Shown: in pieces, positions 54,205 through 64,000 of the stretch
How the letters are laid out: each line of letters starts with the position of its first letter
Numbering within the stretch: the first letter of the stretch is position 1
Assembly (NCBI GenBank): GCA_951406725.2
Contig: OX597815.1
Location: 104,966,001 to 105,030,000 of the forward strand
Direction of reading: 5' to 3'
Source of the DNA: Octopus vulgaris
Taxonomy: Eukaryota
DNA: 64,000 bases
The notes under the pieces: model-generated
Database searches by the model: none
Told to the model about the DNA's origin: nothing
Seen by the model: only the letters and a program-made list of their open reading frames with translations
Program-made: the position numbers and the translations under genes

Positions 54205-56074
54205 CGTTTGTATCTATCTTTATAAACGATACTTAATAAAACTATAGTAAAAATTTAATCAGATGTGCTACGACTGGCTTTACAACCATAACCTTCAGGT
54301 CCAGTTTATCTCCACATGGTATAGAAAAAAAAAAATAAAATTTAAATAATGTTTCAAGAAAAAGCGCAGGTTCTGGTGAATAATTAATTTATAATGGATC
54401 TAAGATAATCCTGAAGAAAATTCTACAATACAAAAACAATAATTTAGAATACAGAAGTCACCTAACGAACCCAATCTAATAGAAATGGAGAAACACTAGA
54501 ATAGCATGAGAAAAAGAAATTTTAACGAACATTTTACAGTTATATTGTGATAATAATTACTGTTATTATTACTACTGACAGTTATTTCCATCATCTCGCC
54601 AGCTAGTCGAAAACGAGGCTTTGGAATGATATTTAAACATGGCGGACTCCTGATCAGCAAGGTTAACGATTAAAACAACTAATGACGGATACTATACCCT
54701 CGTTCTTGGAAGAGTAATGCCTATTTACACATAATCATTTCCAGTCTCCTGTATTCAACAAGTGCACCAGTTCCATAACCAGAATCTTTCCTTAAACACA
54801 AAAATGAAAAAGAATACTGCGAGTCAGCTGTAAACGTCCGGAATTTTCTTCAAATTTCAGAATCTCAGAAAAAATTCTCAGAATGATCCAACTTCCATCA
54901 AACTGGAAGTCGAAGCTGTGATTTGTGCACAGCTGAGAATTCGAAAGCATTCATATGTAAAAAGTTATGTTAAACAGGGAAAGGGAGATATCAGGTATAC
55001 ACAAACATTTTGAAGCAAAGCATGAACTGCGCCTTTGACAAACACCAACTTCACACAACTAGAAATATATATATGCATATGCATTTGATTTTGTTACCCC
55101 ACAAATATTATTTCCATTCTTCTTTTCAAATTTTCACTCTTCTGTCAGTCCCTTACTTTATTCTAGTTGCTTAGTTAAAACACCAAGCCTTCTCCTTCTC
55201 CGCTGTTATAGTTTCCTTTTTTACAGACGTTAATCTACCTTAATCAAAAATTACTATTTTGTTTCCCTTATTATAAAATAACTTTTTAAACGGCTTCAAG
55301 TATTACAAGTAAGGAAAATAACTCTATTTTCCAGTGAAGGAGTTATTTACCTTGTTAAAAGCAAAAGTTTAAGTGTTTTCAAACTTTTTTTCATATTTTA
55401 AGCTCCCATGATAACGAAGGAGAATAAAAAGGTTCTGAAAACATTCACAACTCCCATTTACAAACCAATGTTCGCAAGACTTTAGTCAACCAGAGATTAC
55501 AATAACAAACACTTGATCAATGCACAGCTGGATTGAATTTGCGTAAAAACATGCACCTACAAATATCAGAATGAAAACGAAACTACGAAAGCAGGAGACT
55601 TTTACAGTGATTCGCGATCGTTATTATATGGTAATAGAATGATTTGAAGAGAAAACCTTAAACTATGAAGAAAATATTAAATCTACTTTTCTATCGATTC
55701 AGCATGAAATGTGAACAGCATATACTTAAAAGTATATCCGTGAAGAAATAATTATGATAACTAGTAATTTGGAAAATAGTTTTGAAAAATTCATGCATGT
55801 ATGTGTGTGTGTGCGCGCGCGCTTCCATGCACGCATATAGATGTATGTATGTATGTATATATGTATGCAAGAATATATGTATCTATGTATGTATATATGT
55901 ATGAATGAATGAATAAATGTATGTATGTAAGAAATAGGAAAAATTTAGGATAATGAAGATAATGATGCTTATAATCACAACCCAAAGCCTAATTGTGATG
56001 ATCATTTAGAAGCAGAGTATACGAATTTATTGTAAATATCATTTATAAAAATGTACGGGAAATAATTTAAATTT

Positions 56075-57410
56075 ATGAGTGATATCCAAACTACAGTGGA
56101 AAAGGTAAGTCGCTGGAGTTGATTAAAAAGAGACGTTGAGCGATGGCTAGAAGAATATTGAGCTATATCTGATAACCAGTTGATTTAGCAAGCGGGACCC
56201 CATTCCGAGGGTTAGGCCTCGAAATGGCGTGCATTCTCTCTTGATAACCCCACACGCTTGCTGGCTTCTGGTATGCAGAGCTTTCGACTGGTAGTACTTG
56301 CATGTGCAAGTTGTTTGCAAAACATCTCAGACCTTGTGGTAGGTAACCACTGACACACCGTAAAGACGGTTAGGCATCTTGGAAAGACAAAAGGACTGCT
56401 CGGAAAGATGAGCTGAGAATGGGAAAGACTATTGACGCCAAGAAAGACTTGCGGAGGCTGAGGACTTACAATCCTCACCTCTGTAACATATTGCAACAAC
56501 TACCAATGAGAATGACAGCCCCATGATTGATCGAGAGGAGCGAGTCGAGAATCAATCAAACCCAGTTAATACAGAAATGACCTTGTGCATGAATAAGGCT
56601 ATTCCTTCGATCAGAGAAGGGAGTGCAAACTTCTATTGATGCAAACTGTGCTGTAGAACTTTTGCAACCGAGAGAGGCTTCAAGATATATCATGGAAAGA
56701 CTTGTAAGAAGAACACAGAGCAATGTGGATCGTAAAACAAGTGACAAATCATCTCTGCACTCAAACCACAGCGGTTTGCTACGGCAAACACTTCCCGACA
56801 GGAAGCTGGTGCGTCAGATAGTACTCGGAAGCAACTGAGGGTTCTGTGACCTGCTGCTAATGAGAAAGGAAGATATAAAGAGTTTGAAAACAAGGTATGT
56901 TAAGCTCTTTATAAAATTTCAGGATCTACAGTGGAAAAACTGAGAAAGTTAACAAGCTCAATATACTATACAGGAAAGGAGTTATTTGTAGTTAAATATG
57001 GGGCCCGATTTGCGAAAGGAAAGTGTAGACCAAGCAGGCGGAGCCGGATGAAGAGGATTCGTTGGACACAGTGTGAGGCGACTTTATCATCGTTAGGCCT
57101 AACTCATCGTAAATCAAATAGCACCATGAGTGATATCCAAACTACAGTGGAAAAGGCAAGCAACTGTATTTGGTTAAAAAGAGACGATTAGCAATGCCTA
57201 GAATAATATTGAGCTATATCTGATAACAAGTTGATCTAGCAAGCGGGGCCTCATTTCAATTAGAGGGACCAGTGTGCAATGATGCCGTCAAAGGGTAGGC
57301 CCCGAAACGGCGCGCATTCTCTCCTGTTAATCCCATAATATTGCTGGCTTCTGGTATGCAGAGCTTTCGACTGGTAACACTTACATGTGCAAGTTGCTTG
57401 CAAAACGTCT
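56075..57410. mobile_element. Unclassified 1.3-kb element with diverged terminal direct repeats of about 250-285 bp
   Basis: 56075-56327 versus 57126-57410 (atgagtgatatccaaactacagtggaaaagg...tgcaaaac); period 1051 bp. Confidence 0.75.
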
Positions 57411-57499
57411 AGATTCATATATATATATGCGCACGTGCGTGTGTGTATGATTCCTGTCTACTCTTGACTGTGGAATACCATCACTGACCACTAAGAACT

Positions 57500-58200
57500 C
57501 TGTGCACTGAGACGAAACTATACTTTACATTTGGGGCTCCGCTGGGAATTAATGAACCCAGCACTTGATAGATACACACACTCGCAAACTTTACTCATGA
57601 ACTACATTAGCAGTGAGTTGCCATGGAGCTCGCTTAAGTGCAGTAAGAAAAATGTGTTTCTTCAAAAATACCCATACATTCCGTTACATGTTTTCTCCAC
57701 TGATGGCGATGACATGTATTGTTTCCCAATTGATCTTTCCTATCTCACATGCCTTCAACGAGGACTATACCGTAGTCTTATTTTCTGCTGGGCACGTTAT
57801 CCATAAAAAAGTTGACCATGTAGCATCTGCTCAGGAATTCTTTGATCATTCCTCCGAACAAGATGTCCATTCTCATGTAGTTGGTGCTTCTGCTCTAACG
57901 CTTCAGTGCTCAGGATTTCAGTTGCCCTCAAGGCCTCTGTGCCTGTAATCTGAAAGGAACAACCAACTCAACATATAGACTGTATCTCAGATATCTCTGA
58001 TGGACGCGTTCAAGTACCATGCATGATGCCTGCAAAGATTCCTATCTTACATGAGTAAAAGATCAACATCAGAACACACGCATGGTACACAACCTTTGAT
58101 TGCCCTATTGTGATGCCATGCTTGGATCAGACACGAGACTCAAGAGCCCTAAAAGAATCGGTTACCTTCAGAAACCTGAAAAGTATTTTCTCGTCGAAGG
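57500..58200 (-). mobile_element. Degenerate RTE-clade LINE 3' fragment
   Basis: Minus-strand remnants FRALESRV, VYHACVL, LERVHQRYLR, GHLVRRNDQRIPEQMLHGQL. Confidence 0.7.
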
Positions 58201-58241
58201 TCAAAAAAAGTATGTGTACGTTGCCCAGGCATATATATATG

Positions 58242-58612
58242 GTGAAGTATATTTGCCACCTAAATGTGGCTAATCTTTAAGGGTTAATGCTACTGTAGCT
58301 TGTAGCCCCAGGAAGACATCTTCTCCAGCTGGCTATTGACACACTATCTGTGCCCTATCAGTATTTGCAAAGGGAACTCATCGTTTCCATCTCCAGCCTG
58401 ACGTGATACACACGGACCCGAGTTTCTGGGTATTGACCCTTCATCAGTGTGTTACAATCACCGGTTGGCGATGAGAGATGATTCTCAATGCAAATATATA
58501 TTTACTTTTTCCAGTGACGAAATGTCACTGATCTCGAGAAACTGGAAACAAGCAACAATGAATCTCTAAGCGAGGTATAAACAGTAGCTGCACGACATCG
58601 TGAAGTATATTT
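58242..58612 (-). mobile_element. Retrozyme-like element: 358-bp monomer plus 13-bp terminal redundancy, with type I hammerhead
   Basis: gtgaagtatattt at 58242 and 58600. Minus strand acaca-CTGATGA-agggtcaataccca-GAAA-ctcgg-GTC-cgtgt within 58403-58461. Confidence 0.78.
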
Positions 58613-59590
58613 ATATCTATACAATCAGTATTTATCAAAAATATCATTTATTTCCTACCAAGGGCATATGATGTTATTCTCAAAACTGTTTACAATGGTG
58701 TCTACGAGAAGGATAACCACACTAAATTCATACCAGACCAGAATTTGCTCACACCTTTATAAATAGGGAATAATAGTGATAGAAAATTATTCCATTTAAC
58801 ACAACCTCATGCAACAGATCTGATGTTGCTCTGTGAGTTAACGAACAAAATTCATACATCGTGGCAAAGACAGCCTTACGACGAAAGTGACTGTGTCGTC
58901 CAAAATTATGGAAAAGCAAAATTATATGGTGAACCAGCACAGTGAAATCAACAGACGTTATACTTGATTATAAAGTCTTCTTTTTACTTATATCACAAGT
59001 GAAGCTGAACATCAAAACGAGGGACTTACTCAAATGCCTGAAAATGAAGACTTGTTTTCTCCTTCGAGAACGGACAAAACAAAATGGTTTGTATCTACAA
59101 TATCCAGTCAATTAATCATTCAGTAAAGATTTATAAATCATTCTAAAGATTCTACATTGGAGTCTCTAAGAAAGAAACGTATACACTTCAGCAGCATATG
59201 TATACTGCACACATAAATACAGAAAAAAGCAAGCGCACGCTCGACTACTAAATAGATACGTAAACTCATTGTGTACAACTAGACATTCACATACACAAAT
59301 GTTTACAAAATAACTTTACAAATTCATGTATATATATGCATGAAACCATATAAAATTTTTTAAATAATATATGTATGTAAGTATGTATATCTTTGGAATT
59401 CTGCTGACTCAACTAATTATTTTGTTAGTGAATGGCTTAAACATTTAAATTTATTTCAAAGACAGCATCAAGGGCACATACACACAAACATACATATACA
59501 AGTATACTCATAAATGCATACAAGTGTACCTAAATATATACATACATGCATGCATACATACATACATACATACATACATACATACATACA

Positions 59591-59621
<31 letters not shown>

Positions 59622-59689
59622 CATACATACATACATACATACATACATACATACATACATACATGCATGCATACATACAAATGGGCACT

Positions 59690-60027
59690 TTGTACGGGTA
59701 AAATATTATATGCCCATCACCTCTTTCAGCACACACGCTGCATATTGCTCCCAAGACGCTTGCAGTTCCTGACTTAACTTCTACTTTGCTGTTTCGTTCA
59801 GATCTACCACCGCAACAATTCAGTGGTATGTGACCGCGTGCGCATCGTTGGCGATTTTCTTTCTTCGTCTTCCCTTCCTTAGACTTTTCCTTTTTTCTAT
59901 ATTTCTGACGAAGAGCTCCGCTCAAAACGTTAAATGCTCCTTCTTTCTTTCCTTTCCTGAGCGTCCAATAACACTATAATTGTTCCACGTCCTCGCGTTG
60001 TTGTTTTCTCTTTGTTCGTGTTTGGAT

Positions 60028-60032
<5 letters not shown>
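59690..60032 (+). mobile_element. Longest copy of the short minimal-hammerhead element family
   Basis: tattt-CTGACGA-a-gagc-tcc-gctc-AAAA-cg-TT-aaatg at 59900-59936; ends at (TA)n. Confidence 0.65.
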
Positions 60033-60093
<61 letters not shown>

Positions 60094-60224
60094 AATGAAA
60101 GAATGGAGTTGAACGACAATTTAACAAAATTCCTTTATTCTCGACATATGTGTTTTTCTGACGTGAATTTGCTACCCGGGTATCGGTTAACCGAATTATC
60201 CATACTAGGATAATTCATTCAACT

Positions 60225-60292
<68 letters not shown>

Positions 60293-61217
60293 ATGTATGT
60301 ATGAATGTATGTATGTATTTAGATGGATTATACTTCCCATGCTGTGGAGGCAGGTATTGATTTTTGTCTGTACTAATATATACACCCAGTATTGTAAAAC
60401 TAAGATAAACATGGAACACAAACCGATACTAATCTCTCTCGAATGAACAATGGTCAATCTTAAGAATCTTAGTAGCAACAAAGTACAGGTCAGCTTTTAT
60501 ATATTACTTGAAATTAAGAACACTACCCAGGTGGGGAATAAACAACACTAAAGCAGTCTATGAAGAACTGGTGTTTATAACATTTTACTATCAACGATAT
60601 GTTTATGGTGACAATCGTGAACAAAAAAGATTTTAAAAAGCACCTTTTTACAACAAAAGCAATGTATTCAAGACCCAAAACTAGTCATTAAGCTAAGATT
60701 GCCAATTGCAGCACATTGTAGCCAGAGCGAAATAACGAATACAAACGAAACCGATAGATCAAAAACATAGTGTTGAATACAAGAAATAAAAAAAAACCAG
60801 CAACTAAATTTTTTAAAAAGTGAAATAACCTATCTAATATTTTTTTCGGGGACGACAAAATTAAAATATACCATTTTGTAGAAGTCAGCTTTCACTTTAA
60901 AAATACTGGATAAAGTATCTAGAAACAACGTATGCAAATTTAAATATAATACCTAAAACATGCTTACAACTTTATACCCACTATCATTTGAGTGAGAGGA
61001 TATGTAAAATATGAAACCTAAATCGAAAACCTGGGTTCTTTTGAGAGAGGACAGAACATCACAGTTTTTACAGTATATAACAACTGGTGAGCTATGGAAT
61101 CTGAAACGAGAAAATCTTTAACTCCTGAACGAATGGTTGTGCAAAGCATGACACAAAGAACAACTTTTAAGCATATACATACGTCTATATGCCTCTCTCT
61201 CTCTCTCTCCCTCTTTC

Positions 61218-61280
<63 letters not shown>

Positions 61281-61483
61281 ATATGTGACTAGTAAAAATA
61301 AATAGTAACACTCTAATCTAGAAGATATTCTTTTTCTCGCTTCATTTTTTTCTTTTCTTTTCTCTACTTTTTCCTCTTCTCTGGCTTTTTTTCTTTGTAT
61401 CATATATTTCTATATATCTCTCGTTCCGTCTTTTTATATTTCTATCTGGATCTAACACTCCTTTCATGCGTTTCTCTCCTTCC

Positions 61484-61522
<39 letters not shown>

Positions 61523-62379
61523 ATTTTCTCTCTTATCTTTGCTTTTTCTTTGCTTGAATTTGTATAATTCTTTTTCCTCTCACGTTCACTCTCCGTTTTT
61601 GTTACTTGCACACTGAAGGAGAATTTGCCTTGTATTTCAACTTACAAACGCAACAATTACATTCCTTCCAATAGAATGTTGACTGTTCTACAATTACTTT
61701 GACATCTTACATGTGATCTTGTCAATGTCTTTTCATCATTTCCACAACTCTTTGTCACAACATTGTTGCTAAACGACGCATTCATTAAAAAAATTTTCAT
61801 AACAAGTAGGCATACAAAAATATAATATATAACGTAGTGAAATTTTCTGACTAACATGCATGATTTTTATATCCATATATATCTAATATTGTATGCTTAT
61901 TTTGCAACATAGCAGACTAAGAAAGGCTGTATAGTGTCTATGGAAGTTGAAGGAACTATCTTTAGGGAAAAGAGCTCCTCAGAGACCGAAATTAAGATAC
62001 AAATATAGTCTTGAATCTGAACAGAACGAGAGGGCAATATTCAAGTAGAATATTGAGGAAATGCATTTAATTGGCTATTATTTAGAAGCATTTATACTCA
62101 TTGTGTCCAAGCATCTTAGAGAAAATCGCATTATAAAATATAAAATTGGAACAATAGGCACAGAAAAGAAAACACATATTAACTATTCCTTCAAATATTA
62201 TCCTTGTAACTGAATTTATTTGTTATTCAAGGTTACATGAACGAAAACAACCTGGTAATACCTCATAGCCAGCTGAAATGTTGACTGCAATTCATATAAT
62301 AAAACCTTGTCTACCTATAGATAGTCGACGGGGGAAATGACCGCATTCAATACTTCTGTCATGTTTCTGCAAAGGTGCT

Positions 62380-63720
62380 GGACCACACGGATTTGTCATT
62401 GAGATGATAATATATTATAGGAATATGGAGTTAGAAAACTAATAGATGTAATAAACAAGAGCTATGATGAGGAAAAGTTTCAAAAGATTTGAGCAAACCC
62501 ATTTTTATTACACTCCCATAGAAATCAGGATGTGGACTGTGAAAAACATCATACGATTAGTCGCATGAGTCACGTCACAAAGATTTCTCTGACAATTTTA
62601 CTTCTGTAGGCAAGAAGCAGAATAACATCTGAAATTGGAATTGAAGTTTCGCTTTGCAAAGGGTGCTGAGACTTGGAATGCTAATTTTGTATTGAGAATG
62701 ATAACGGAACGGACAGTGGGGATGCAGAAAGTCGATTTCATGTGTTTCATAGATTATAGAAAGACCTTCGTGTTTAAAGATTCAGTAACCTTGAGCTGTA
62801 CGGTAAAGACTTCTGAATCTGACATTAGGAGAGGAGTTAAGAATCATCTTTATAATAACTATAGCGAATTGATCATAAGAGAACTGGAGAAGAAAAAAGG
62901 TCTTCGGGTAACAGGGAGAAACATCATAAACATAAGATATGCAGATGACAGTCTTACTTGCAGAATCAGAATATGAACTTCAAAGATTTCTCAATGTAGT
63001 GATCGTAGAAAGTGAGAGGAAGAGCTTGTTCATAATTTGTCAGAAGACAGGGTATCGTGGTGACGAAGAAAGAGAAACCCAAAGGGAATGTTGAAAGTGA
63101 AAAATCAAATAATTAAGCATGTATCAGGTATCATCCTTCAACTACTTTGGAATTGTGGTCACAGAAGATGCAAGGCGTGTGAAGTAGATCAAAAACCGAA
63201 TAGTGCTGTCAATATCTGCATTTTCACAATTTTATAACATCTTGAAAAACCGTGCTCTGAGCATCAAGAACAAGATCTGTATATTGAACTGCTATGTTGA
63301 CTTTCTGTTAATAAATATGGAAGTGAAGTATGGTCTATAACATTAGAAATGAAAGCAAGCTTGGAGAGCTATGAAATGTGGCTCTTAAGGAGAATATTGA
63401 GACAAAGTATCCAATGAAGTGATAACCGGGCTGCAACAAATAGGTAACTACTTCGTGGGATAAGGGCCAAGCAACTGAGATTCCTTGGTTATGTAATGAG
63501 GAAAGAGAGCCAGGAGAATTTAGCGATGGCCGGAAAGATGGAAGGGAAAAGAAACTGAGGAAGTAGAAGAATAATACTGATGTCAAGCTTGAGGAACTGG
63601 TTGGAAAAAAGAGGCATTAAACATTAGGAAGGGGAACTGTAAGAGAAAACAAAAACAGAGAATTGTATCAGCACATGATCTCCTATGTTCTACATTCTGG
63701 ACAAGCCATTTACAGAAAGA
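62380..63720 (+). mobile_element. Degenerate RTE-clade LINE (RT region)
   Basis: ORF 62635-62976 FRFAKG..NANFVLRMITER..MCFIDYRKTF..IRRGV..INIRYADD, with upstream FITLP and TISRMSHVTKI remnants. Confidence 0.85.
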
Positions 63721-64000
63721 CGTGTATCTGCCATTCTTAGAATATCTCGCTATCAGGCAATTTTTGTTCTTTATTTTGGTGCTTTTTAAAATTCTTACTA
63801 CTATCAGAAATGTGTAATTTCTTCGTAACACTAATATGTAGTATTGGTTTTTCTAAATAACTTTTATGAAACCAAAATATAGAATTTAGATTGGAACTAG
63901 AAAATCGAGCATGAAATCTTAGATTTAGGAAGTATTTATTACTTCAACATTTTTGTAGCTTAGCACGATTGAATTCATTCATTACATTATTCAGAAGAAA

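Noticed and set aside
54230-55070. Possible second Penelope remnant (also a VISYHPGLP motif near 39560)
   Set aside because: Too degenerate to support by eye; needs a TBLASTN or HMM search.

Overview
Repeat-rich animal genomic DNA, very probably from Octopus (inferred from the microsatellite load, the SINE types and an invertebrate-type Ih channel sequence). The only host gene found is one large minus-strand exon (22487-23947) encoding the N-terminus and HCN domain of a hyperpolarization-activated cyclic nucleotide-gated (HCN/Ih) channel. Most of the rest is probably intron or flank filled with mobile DNA. Main patterns: (1) a co-oriented stack of R4/Dong-like RLE retrotransposons in (TAA)n microsatellites, one with an uninterrupted ORF of about 905 codons; (2) a Tx1/L1-like 3' end embedded in (GATA)n; (3) several families of small non-coding elements carrying type I hammerhead-ribozyme motifs with terminal redundancy or fold-back inversions, plus a Penelope remnant with its own hammerhead. 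Two of these elements share a 358-bp period, and another has a 476-bp period with an inverted copy spanning its junction. This looks like a Penelope/retrozyme (circular-RNA-templated) system. Also present are SINEs, CR1 and RTE fragments, a DD37D Tc1/mariner, MITEs and Helitrons. Most short ORFs in the track are microsatellite artefacts. All calls were made by eye, without database searches or folding software.
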